DNA from: Candidatus Saccharimonadales bacterium
Lineage (GTDB): Bacteria > Patescibacteriota > Saccharimonadia > Saccharimonadales > UBA4665
Direction of reading: 5' to 3'
Assembly (NCBI GenBank): GCA_039926445.1
Contig: JBDSWU010000099.1
Span: forward strand, 1-25,229
DNA length: 25,229 bases
The notes beneath the pieces were generated by a model. The model saw only the letters and a program-made list of their open reading frames with translations. It was not told where the DNA came from and ran no database searches. Below, piece after piece: positions 16,346 through 24,331 of the stretch (positions within the stretch are counted from its first letter, which is position 1; the number at the start of each line of letters is the position of its first letter). A program made the position numbers and the translations under genes.

Positions 16346-16644
16346 AGCAAAAAATAGCCAACAAGCTGAATACCGCCAAAATCGGAACCGGCATACTCAA
16401 AGCCAAGCACTATAGTTTCATTATATTTTTGGTGGTAGTAGCATCAATTTATGGTTTCATCATGTTCCGCATTACAACCCTGAGTAATATCCATCCCTCT
16501 GAGGAGGCTATAAGTAGTCAGGTAAACGCTGCTAAAATCCCAAAGATCGACGAACGTGTCGTGGCCCAGCTAAAGTCACTACAGGACAACAGCGTCAATG
16601 TCAAAAGTCTGTTTGATCAAACACGCAGCAATCCATTCCAGTAG
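16342..16644 (+). CDS. 100-aa single-TM pilus-associated protein ending in RSNPF
   Basis: ATGA-coupled to pilO, one TM, C-terminus QTRSNPFQ. Occupies the position where pilP sits in diderm operons. Confidence 0.75.
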   Translation: MKQKIANKLNTAKIGTGILKAKHYSFIIFLVVVASIYGFIMFRITTLSNIHPSEEAISSQVNAAKIPKIDERVVAQLKSLQDNSVNVKSLFDQTRSNPFQ

Positions 16645-16650
16645 GGGGCC

Positions 16651-17271
16651 CTAGGCCGTAGATATTGTCGCCTGCGGTTCAGCCTCGGGCTGTGTCTGGC
16701 CGTAACCGTCTCGCTTGCCCTGCTCGAAGTCTTCGCGGGCTTGCAGAATCAATTGTGCACAACGATTTGGGTTGGGGCAGTACAGAAATACAAACTTGCT
16801 GTGCTCGCCAGCCGTCTCAGCTTTGACCATGCCGTAGTTGAACATATGCGGCAGAATGCCGTTCTGCTGGGCAGTTACATCCTCTAGGTTAGCTAGGCTC
16901 AGCTGACTAGACTGTTTACTGAACAGACTGGTCTGAACGACCTGGGTTAAGCTGTCGCTGGTTAGTATCCAGGAATTACCCCAGTAGACTTTACTAACTA
17001 TCAACAAAAACCCAGCGACTACCAGCGCTGAGACCAAGAAAGCGATCGTTCCAATGCCGATGACACTCGTCCGGCTTACATCAGTTAGGACACTTGGCAA
17101 GACACCAAAAATTATGGCGGCAATACCAAGAAGTATTAAGCCAGCGGTAATCTGAATACCTACTAGTCCAATTGGGTGACGACGAACTTTGAAAATCACA
17201 ACCTCATCTTTGCGCATAGCTGCCAGTGGATTGTGAGTGCTGGCTGTTTGATCAGTGTCTGGAGGATACAT
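16651..17271 (-). CDS. Membrane protein with a bacterial PH-like (bPH_2/YdbS-type) domain
   Basis: Two TM helices, then WILTSDSL...TSLFSK...L.NLEDVTAQQNGILPHMFNYG.V..ETAG. Start placed at ATG 17271, 6 nt after TATAAT. Confidence 0.75.
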   Translation of the reverse strand: MYPPDTDQTASTHNPLAAMRKDEVVIFKVRRHPIGLVGIQITAGLILLGIAAIIFGVLPSVLTDVSRTSVIGIGTIAFLVSALVVAGFLLIVSKVYWGNSWILTSDSLTQVVQTSLFSKQSSQLSLANLEDVTAQQNGILPHMFNYGMVKAETAGEHSKFVFLYCPNPNRCAQLILQAREDFEQGKRDGYGQTQPEAEPQATISTA

Positions 17272-17278
17272 GATTATA

Positions 17279-18316
17279 TTATACCTCGAGGCCAGTATTC
17301 GGCGAAGCGTCTCGGGGCGGTTTGTGTCCGAGGTGTTTGTAAGCTTTGGCTGTGACCCTGCGCCCACGTGGAGTCCGTTCCAGCAAGCCTATTTGCATCA
17401 GATAAGGCTCGATGAAATCTTCGATTGTACTGCGCTCCTCGGCAGTCAATGCGGCTAGCGTCTCAACACCTACCGGACCACCGTCGTAGTTATCGATAAT
17501 CGCGCTCAGCAGCAATCTATCGGTCGGATCAAGCCCAAGTTCATCTATCTCGAGCAAGGCAAGCGCCCGCGAGCTGGTGACGGTATCGATTATGCCGTCA
17601 CCATTGACGTCGGCATAGTCTCGGACTCGTTTTAAAAGTCGGTTGGCAATCCTAGGTGTTAATCGGGCCCGGGCAGCTAACTCGCTGGCTGCATCGACGT
17701 CAATCTTTACATCTAGAATACCGGCTGCCCGCTCGATGATCTGTCGTACCTCATCGGGCTTATAGAACTCCAGTCGATGGACGTGGCCAAAGCGGTCGCG
17801 CAGTGGTGCCGACAGTGCACCAGCACGGGTAGTCGCCCCGATGATGGTGAACTTTGGAAGATCGAGCCGTAACGACCGGGCTGACGGCCCCTTACCAAGC
17901 ATAATGTCCAGCTTGAAGTCCTCCATTGCGCTGTATAACACCTCCTCGACATTGCGGTTTAAGCGGTGAATCTCGTCTATGAACAAGATGTCACCGTCCT
18001 GCAAGTTGGTCAGTAAACTAGCCAGGTCACCAGCTCGTTCAATCGCCGGCCCACTTGTAATCCTCACCTGGGCTGCCATCTCGTGGCCAATAACACTAGC
18101 CATCGTCGTCTTGCCTAGTCCTGGTGGTCCGTACAGTAGCACGTGATCAACTGGCTCACTGCGCTTTTTGGCAGCATCGATAGCCAATTGCAAGTTTTGT
18201 TTTAATCGTTCTTGACCAATGTAATTAGCAAAATCCTTAGGCCGCAGTGTGACCTCAAGTTCGACTTCCTCAACTAGTTCGGGCTCAGTAGCCGCGTCTA
18301 CAATTCGATCAATCAT
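17279..18316 (-). CDS. ruvB: Holliday junction branch migration helicase RuvB
   Basis: [64 protein letters not shown]. Confidence 0.98.
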   Translation of the reverse strand: MIDRIVDAATEPELVEEVELEVTLRPKDFANYIGQERLKQNLQLAIDAAKKRSEPVDHVLLYGPPGLGKTTMASVIGHEMAAQVRITSGPAIERAGDLASLLTNLQDGDILFIDEIHRLNRNVEEVLYSAMEDFKLDIMLGKGPSARSLRLDLPKFTIIGATTRAGALSAPLRDRFGHVHRLEFYKPDEVRQIIERAAGILDVKIDVDAASELAARARLTPRIANRLLKRVRDYADVNGDGIIDTVTSSRALALLEIDELGLDPTDRLLLSAIIDNYDGGPVGVETLAALTAEERSTIEDFIEPYLMQIGLLERTPRGRRVTAKAYKHLGHKPPRDASPNTGLEV

Positions 18317-18363
18317 TACATTTAGTATAACCTAGCGCAATATATTGGACGTCATGCAAACTT

Positions 18364-19182
18364 TTAGGGAATGTGGACGGGGCTCCAGCAGGTGCGGAAG
18401 TCGCGGTCTAGTGTCGCCAGTTTTTCAAGGTCCGCAGGTGTTAGTTTAAAACTAAATATTTCTGCATTCTCTTGAATACGGCTAGGAGTTATTGACTTGG
18501 GTATTACAACTAAACCTTGCTCGACGCACCAGCGGAGCATAATCTGGGCGTAAGTCTTGCCATGTGCAGCTGCAATCTCCTGGATAACTGACTCGTCATT
18601 AGCTTTAGCGTGTGCTAAGGGCGAATAGGCCTCGACAACTATGCCGTTTTGGCGACAATACTGTAGTAATTCCGGTTGCTGCAAGAAAACATGCAGTTCA
18701 ACCTGGTTAACGTGTGGCATAGTCTCAGCATAGTCTTTCATCTCTTCGAGATGCTTGATTGTATAGTTGCTAACCCCGATCGCTCGCGTCTTGCCCTCAG
18801 CATAAAGTTGCTCGAGAGCCCTCCATGCATTTTTGCGCAAAATTGTTACCGGAAAATGCAGTAACAACAGATCGGACTGATCAATACTTAACTTGTTAAG
18901 TGATTCGGCAAAACTAGACTTAAGGCGTTTGGGACCAAAATTTTTGATAAATATTTTGGTCGTTATGAATATATCTTGGCGCTTTAAACCGGCACTTTGC
19001 CATGCAGCTCCCAGCAATTGCTCATTGTTATATATCTGTGCCGTGTCGAAGTGTCGGTATCCTGCAGCGACAGCGGCGTCGAACATCGTCTGGTACTGCG
19101 TGTTATCTGTAACCTGCCAGGTACCCAGACCAAACTGAGGTATTTTGACACCGTTAGATAGTTCGACCTCTGGTATACTCAT
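18364..19182 (-). CDS. Aldo/keto reductase (AKR5 / 2,5-DKG reductase-like)
   Basis: FGLGTW, FDTAQIY (Asp/Tyr), ITTK (Lys), LLHFP (His), IGVSNY, NQVELH, IPKS..PSRIQEN. Confidence 0.93.
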   Translation of the reverse strand: MSIPEVELSNGVKIPQFGLGTWQVTDNTQYQTMFDAAVAAGYRHFDTAQIYNNEQLLGAAWQSAGLKRQDIFITTKIFIKNFGPKRLKSSFAESLNKLSIDQSDLLLLHFPVTILRKNAWRALEQLYAEGKTRAIGVSNYTIKHLEEMKDYAETMPHVNQVELHVFLQQPELLQYCRQNGIVVEAYSPLAHAKANDESVIQEIAAAHGKTYAQIMLRWCVEQGLVVIPKSITPSRIQENAEIFSFKLTPADLEKLATLDRDFRTCWSPVHIP

Positions 19183-19754
19183 GCCTTGAGCGCCAGTCTA
19201 ATGCGTTCCTCAGTTGGCAGACTTGGCTCTATGCTCTGCAGCGCTGTCATTGCGTCCGCTTCGCTGTAACCTAGCGCTAAGAGAGCCTGCACAGCTTCAT
19301 CGGCAGCATTTACGCCCCCTCGGTTTACTAGGCTTTCGGCGTCTACCCCAGCAACCAGTCCTACCTTGTCCCGCAGCTCGACAACCATTTGCTCGGCTGC
19401 TCGCTTACCAACACCTTTGGCTGTTTGCAGCATTTTGACGTCGCCAGCCGCTATAGCCGAACGCACCGCATTAGCATTACCAATACCTAGAACCGCCAGA
19501 GCAACCTTCGGCCCGACATTCTTGACGCTCAAAAGTTGCTCGAAAAGCTTCTTATTGTCAACCGATATAAACCCGAAAAGATCATGAGCGTCCTCTCGTA
19601 TATGCTCATGGATGTAAACTTTGGCTTCCTCATGTGCATTCAAACGGCTTAGGTCATCAGCCGGCACCATCAACCCATAGCCCACGCCGCCGACTTCCAG
19701 CACCACACCATCCACAGTCTTCTCGCTCACCAGTCCTCGTAATGTTGCAATCAT
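19179..19754 (-). CDS. ruvA: Holliday junction DNA-binding protein RuvA
   Basis: MIATLRG, VGGVGY, HIREDAHDLFGF, VKNVGPKVAL and KGVGKRAAEQM (HhH), EAVQALLALGY. Confidence 0.96.
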   Translation of the reverse strand: MIATLRGLVSEKTVDGVVLEVGGVGYGLMVPADDLSRLNAHEEAKVYIHEHIREDAHDLFGFISVDNKKLFEQLLSVKNVGPKVALAVLGIGNANAVRSAIAAGDVKMLQTAKGVGKRAAEQMVVELRDKVGLVAGVDAESLVNRGGVNAADEAVQALLALGYSEADAMTALQSIEPSLPTEERIRLALKA

Positions 19755-19761
19755 ACGCCCA

Positions 19762-20232
19762 TTATCGCACGTTCATCGAGTGAGTGATAGCTGCAGCTAA
19801 GGCGTCAGCGGCATCATCAGGGCGAGGAATTTCCTTCAGACCCAATATTACTTTGACCATTTCTTGCATCTGCTTTTTGTCGGCTTTACCGTAGCCGGTT
19901 ACGGCCTGCTTAATCTGCATTGGTGTGTACTCAGCAATCTGCAAACCGGCCTGCATTGCGCACAGCAGAACAACACCCCTAGCTTGGGCCACGGTCATTG
20001 CCGTGGTGACGTTTCGCGAAAAAAACAGCTTCTCGACACTCATCATTTCTGGCTTATTTAGCTTGATAAGCTCTGTCAGTTCATCGTAGATAGTTAACAA
20101 CCGAATCGCATCTACTTCTTTGACGGGCGTCCGAATGACTCCGGCGTCGACCAGCTTGGCTTTTCCACGGTCAACATCTATCACGCCAAATCCGAGTATA
20201 CCGGTGCCCGGATCGATACCTATAATGCGCAT
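19762..20232 (-). CDS. ruvC: Crossover junction endodeoxyribonuclease RuvC
   Basis: IIGIDPG (Asp), SVEKLFF (Glu), YTPMQIKQAVTGYG.ADK.QM, DDAADALA. Confidence 0.97.
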   Translation of the reverse strand: MRIIGIDPGTGILGFGVIDVDRGKAKLVDAGVIRTPVKEVDAIRLLTIYDELTELIKLNKPEMMSVEKLFFSRNVTTAMTVAQARGVVLLCAMQAGLQIAEYTPMQIKQAVTGYGKADKKQMQEMVKVILGLKEIPRPDDAADALAAAITHSMNVR

Positions 20233-20233
20233 G

Positions 20234-20956
20234 CTAATTCTCGGGAACGTCGATGTCGAAGTTAACGTGAGTATTCACGACGTCATCGCAGTCGTCTAGA
20301 GCGTCCATCAGGCGCATGATTTTGCCAGCAGTTTCGATGTCAGTTATATCGATGGTAGTAGATGGCACATAAGTCAGCTCAGCTTCTTTTATAACGATAC
20401 CGGCGTCGGCCAATGCCTGCCGGACTACAGCCAGCATTTTGGGATCAGTGTAGATTATAGATTCACCGTCCTCTTCCTGCATGTCTTCGGCGCCGGCTTC
20501 AAGCGCCTGCATCATGAGTGCATCACCTTCGCCTGGTACGCGGATTGAGCCCTTGCGCTCGAACTGAAAGGCCACTGATCCCTTCTCGGCGATGTTGCCA
20601 CCATGCTTACTGAAAGCCAGCTTGACTATAGGGAGTGTCCGGTTTGTGTTATCAGTAGCGCATTCAACAAGGATAGCTGTGCCGCCTGGGCCATAGCCTT
20701 CATATACCACTTCTGTCATTTGAGCGGCTGACTTATCCTTTATGCGGTCGATAGCCCGCTGGATGTTGGCCGAAGGCATATTGGAGGCTTTGGCTTTGTC
20801 GATGGCTAATCTTAGCGCAAAATTAGTATCCGGGTCGGTGCCGGTACGAGCTGCCATCGCGATGGCATTACCCATTTTGGTGAAAACAGCGCCGCGGGCG
20901 GCATCCTTGGCACCTTTTTCTCGCTTGATTGTTGACCACTTACTGTGTCCAGACAT
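20234..20956 (-). CDS. yebC: YebC/PmpR (TACO1) family protein
   Basis: MSGHSKWSTIKREKG, YEGYGPGG, TDNTNRT, FERKG. SD AGGAG. Classic position upstream of ruvC. Confidence 0.96.
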   Translation of the reverse strand: MSGHSKWSTIKREKGAKDAARGAVFTKMGNAIAMAARTGTDPDTNFALRLAIDKAKASNMPSANIQRAIDRIKDKSAAQMTEVVYEGYGPGGTAILVECATDNTNRTLPIVKLAFSKHGGNIAEKGSVAFQFERKGSIRVPGEGDALMMQALEAGAEDMQEEDGESIIYTDPKMLAVVRQALADAGIVIKEAELTYVPSTTIDITDIETAGKIMRLMDALDDCDDVVNTHVNFDIDVPEN

Positions 20957-20964
20957 AGCTACTC

Positions 20965-22407
20965 CTACCAGGTTTCATCTGTTATTGTAGCACCTCTGGC
21001 TCTGCTTTTATACCACAGTGCAGTCATCAATAGTCCGAGCCCACTATACCAGCCAATCATTTGGGCTAGCGACAGCCCGATGTGCTCGCGAAAGATATTC
21101 GGTAGGCTAGCCAGCAAGTGCGAAACGTCCAACATGTAGTTAAGCAGCTGGGTGGTTGGCCAACCGAACCAGCCACTCACCACCGGTGCCAACATGCCGA
21201 TCAGCCCACTGACAGTTGCCAGCAACATTGCCAGAGGTATCAATGCAACTACCAAGACATTAGCCGGTAGCCCGACAAATGACATCTGCCCAAAGATAAA
21301 CAGTACTATCGGCAAACTAAGCAGCTCAGCGCAGATGCTCTCGATAGCAACCGCCAACAGTATCGATTCGCTCTTGCCCGGCAGTCGCTCCGAAACAAGT
21401 GGCGCAAGCAACATCACTCCAAAAAATGCTAAGAAGCTTAGATACCAGCTGATGTCGCTCCAAATATACACCGGATTTGCAAATGCCGTAGCAGCGGCGG
21501 CTAAGCCAATCAGATTTAGGGGTGGGAGCAACCGCCCATAGTAGCTTGTGACAATACTTAACGTGCTAACTATTGCTGCGCGAACGATTGACGCGCTTGC
21601 TCCGGCCAACAATAGGAAGATAGCTATGAGACTAAACGACAGTGCCGTTGCTAATCGTTTAGATCGTTTGGCTAAAAGTTTTTTGCTAGCGTGCAGAATT
21701 ATAGTCAGATTATAGCCAGATACTGCAATGATATGAGTTAGCCCAACCATCAGCAAATCTTCCTTTACGCCTTCTGGCAACGTTGCCCGCTGTCCAATCA
21801 GCAGGCCCATCGCGAACGACCCGAGCGGCTCGGGCAGCGCTGTCTGCATACCAGCTGCGAATCTCCGCCTTATCTCAGCTACCCAGGAGTTGTGTCGCTC
21901 GACCACAGATAGCTTAGCAAAGCTAAAACTGCCTTGCTTGGCACCATATCCCGAGCGCAACTTGCCACTAGCTTGTATGACGTCGCCCTGATAGATAGCA
22001 TTAGCCCCAAAACCGCTGACCGATAGTTTACCAACTAACTTTTGGCCACTAGCCAGCTCGACATTACCAGCCGTAAAAGTTACCTGAGAGTGCTTGCCAT
22101 ATACGGCGTCCTCCTGAGCCGTAACCCAGAGTGTAATTGGCTGATCGTAATACGGCTGATAAGCCGCCAACATATCGAGGTAAACAGCACCACGCCACCA
22201 ACCTAAACTAAGCCCTGATAGTGCCATTGCCACTAAATACGCATGCGATCGGCGACCATATGCAAGTATGACCGCGGTAATACAGCCTAGTACTATCCAA
22301 CCGCTTGGTCGATATCCGCGGTGCGCTGCACCAAGTCCAGCCAGCACAAACACCAACAACACCAGCTGCACTGTCGTCTGCCTGTACCGTTGGCGCTTGT
22401 ATTTCAT
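20965..22407 (-). CDS. comEC: ComEC/Rec2 DNA-uptake channel, lacking the C-terminal beta-lactamase-like domain
   Basis: N-terminal TMs and an OB-like segment, GLLIG, GLTHIIAVSGYNL, ASIVRAA, SWYLSF, PANVLV. 480 aa. Confidence 0.93.
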   Translation of the reverse strand: MKYKRQRYRQTTVQLVLLVFVLAGLGAAHRGYRPSGWIVLGCITAVILAYGRRSHAYLVAMALSGLSLGWWRGAVYLDMLAAYQPYYDQPITLWVTAQEDAVYGKHSQVTFTAGNVELASGQKLVGKLSVSGFGANAIYQGDVIQASGKLRSGYGAKQGSFSFAKLSVVERHNSWVAEIRRRFAAGMQTALPEPLGSFAMGLLIGQRATLPEGVKEDLLMVGLTHIIAVSGYNLTIILHASKKLLAKRSKRLATALSFSLIAIFLLLAGASASIVRAAIVSTLSIVTSYYGRLLPPLNLIGLAAAATAFANPVYIWSDISWYLSFLAFFGVMLLAPLVSERLPGKSESILLAVAIESICAELLSLPIVLFIFGQMSFVGLPANVLVVALIPLAMLLATVSGLIGMLAPVVSGWFGWPTTQLLNYMLDVSHLLASLPNIFREHIGLSLAQMIGWYSGLGLLMTALWYKSRARGATITDETW

Positions 22408-22476
22408 TCGGCCAGTCTAGCAACCAGCCGGTGCGCTCCGCTAACTAATTAAGCTAAAATTAACAACTAAGTTTTA

Positions 22477-22863
22477 CTAGACGACTGCGCGGCGATGACC
22501 GAGAGTCAGCAAACGAGCTAGGCCATAAGCTACGATAGCGTAGACGGCCATAGCCACCAGCGTCGACACCTCAACACGCGCAACACCATAGTTTAGGTCA
22601 TAGCTGAACAGCCCAAAGAACGGTCGAGCAAACGGGTAGCTAATGCTGTAGATAAAGTTGGCGAACTGGTTAGATGGATTAGCGCCTAGCAGTATAAGCA
22701 CAAAACGGAATGAGAGCAGCGTTATAATCACTCCGGCAATAAACCAAATGACTCTCGAAGCCATCCCGCCGGTTTCCTCCTGATCGGTTACGACTCTGGA
22801 AGTTGTAGTTGCACTCTGGCCGTCACTGTTCACACTTCGGACTTCTTCTATACGTTCTGACAT
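22477..22863 (-). CDS. YggT-like membrane protein
   Basis: RFVLILLGANPSNQFANFIYSISYPFARPFFGLF resembles YggT. Two to three TMs. SD AGGAG. Confidence 0.7.
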   Translation of the reverse strand: MSERIEEVRSVNSDGQSATTTSRVVTDQEETGGMASRVIWFIAGVIITLLSFRFVLILLGANPSNQFANFIYSISYPFARPFFGLFSYDLNYGVARVEVSTLVAMAVYAIVAYGLARLLTLGHRRAVV

Positions 22864-22872
22864 GGTGGACTC

Positions 22873-23253
22873 CTAGCTTACAATTAATTTACCGCGTACA
22901 TACACCGCTGGGGCCTTCTCGAAACCGCGCTCCAGGGCAGTAGCAAACATCGCACATGAAGCACTCAAGAATGCCATCACGTCCAGCAGCTGCATGTGAT
23001 AGTTGTATGTCTCCTGCACAGCCCAGAAGCCTGTAGCAACTGCCAAAGATCCGGCTATAACCCTGAACCAGACATGTCGCGGCGGCCGAGTCAGTAGCTG
23101 GACCCCAATCACTATACCAATTGCAATTCTGAGTCTTTGATAATTATCTTCGCTCGAAGCCATATAAAACAACGAGCTATCTGGTGACAAAAACGTGCCG
23201 ATGCCGACGAAAGTCAGACATGCAAATGATAAGAACAATAATAATTTTCCCAT
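22873..23253 (-). CDS. Hypothetical membrane protein with about 4 TMs (126 aa)
   Basis: Strong SD GGAGGAGG before ATG 23253 (MGKLLLFLS). Four hydrophobic segments. Confidence 0.75.
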   Translation of the reverse strand: MGKLLLFLSFACLTFVGIGTFLSPDSSLFYMASSEDNYQRLRIAIGIVIGVQLLTRPPRHVWFRVIAGSLAVATGFWAVQETYNYHMQLLDVMAFLSASCAMFATALERGFEKAPAVYVRGKLIVS

Positions 23254-23378
23254 ACAAACCTCCTCCCGATGTTTCTTATGTTTACTGAAATCTACCTGCA
23301 GTATAAACACGAAAAACAGACTCGTATGTAAAAAAAATTACTAAGAACTATTCTATCAGTCGGTCAATGCAGCTCAGG

Positions 23379-24245
23379 CTAGATGCAAGAGTGGTTATAG
23401 TCTAGGTTCTTTTGTACGTATTGAGTTAGAGAAATAAACCCACCGGTAGTCAGCGGTTCAAGGCTACAATTATTTTTTGCATTGGACAGGCTTGCTCCAC
23501 TTGGACGCCAATTTGCAAGACCATTCAAGTTACTGCTTGGGGTGACACTAGTGCCGACTATCTCGCCCCATTGATACGCAGTTGAATATAACCCAACCGT
23601 TGCGTTTTGCGATTTGTAGTAGCTTTTCATACCTTCAAGTGTTGCCGTGTTTCGATCAAAAGCTTCCGGTGAACCCGATTGCCAAGAGTTCATAGTCTCG
23701 ACATCTAGCCACCAGGTGTAGGCTGACGCTGACTGATTGATCCCAGCGGCTTTTGCAGCTGGCACAAAACGATCAAGATTTGCTTCGACAGAACGATTCC
23801 AGCCGTACTGCCACGAACAAGCGGTATCATTCAAGCCACTACAGGTTCCGTACGGATTAATCGTTGTATAACCTGTTTTATCAGTGTTGTCCGTAGGCCA
23901 AGTCGTAATCTGTGATATTACCTCGCCCGGATTGGCAGTATTCACATACAGCTGTACTTTTGGCTGGTTAGAGCCTGTCTTGGATTTATTTGCCCATACC
24001 AGCTGCTCGACAAGGCACGAGTTGGTTGTGGCTGCCGTGCCACCGTTAACGCCAACAATCCCAAAATACTGGCCCGTAGGAAGCCTTTTGCCGCACTGGG
24101 GGTAAGATATGTCGTAACCAACCAGTTCTGCTGTTGCCACAGGTTTTGGACCGCCGCTAGAAGAAGGCTTTGCCGCAAATACCACAGACGGAACCATGAA
24201 TGTGCTCAAAATTGCTAGTGATAGTATCGATAAGATTTTTTTCAT
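23379..24245 (-). CDS. Secreted GH25/DUF1906-like glycoside hydrolase (putative muramidase fold)
   Basis: Signal peptide MKKILSILSLAILSTFMVPSVVFA, then VGYDISYPQC, QLYVNTANP, WWLDVE and VGLYST, resembling GH25-type D-x-S..Q and D-x-E motifs. Start 7 nt after TATACT. Confidence 0.65.
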   Translation of the reverse strand: MKKILSILSLAILSTFMVPSVVFAAKPSSSGGPKPVATAELVGYDISYPQCGKRLPTGQYFGIVGVNGGTAATTNSCLVEQLVWANKSKTGSNQPKVQLYVNTANPGEVISQITTWPTDNTDKTGYTTINPYGTCSGLNDTACSWQYGWNRSVEANLDRFVPAAKAAGINQSASAYTWWLDVETMNSWQSGSPEAFDRNTATLEGMKSYYKSQNATVGLYSTAYQWGEIVGTSVTPSSNLNGLANWRPSGASLSNAKNNCSLEPLTTGGFISLTQYVQKNLDYNHSCI

Positions 24246-24331
24246 ACTAACTAGTATAGCCGTAACGAGCAATAAATTCACGCTAAAAATACAATAGCTA
24301 GCGCATTAAGCAGTGCTATTTTGACTTAGGG

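Noticed and set aside
10068-16410. Minus-strand and off-frame ORFs across the pil cluster
   Set aside because: Shadows of well-supported plus-strand genes, with no motifs of their own.
17272-17367. N-terminal extension of the PH-domain ORF overlapping ruvB
   Set aside because: ATG 17271 with TATAAT 6 nt upstream removes the overlap and fits the window-wide pattern.
24293-24320. Possible terminator after the Gly-rich gene (AATAGC...GCTATT)
   Set aside because: The stem is weak and bulged and the U-tract is interrupted, so support is insufficient.
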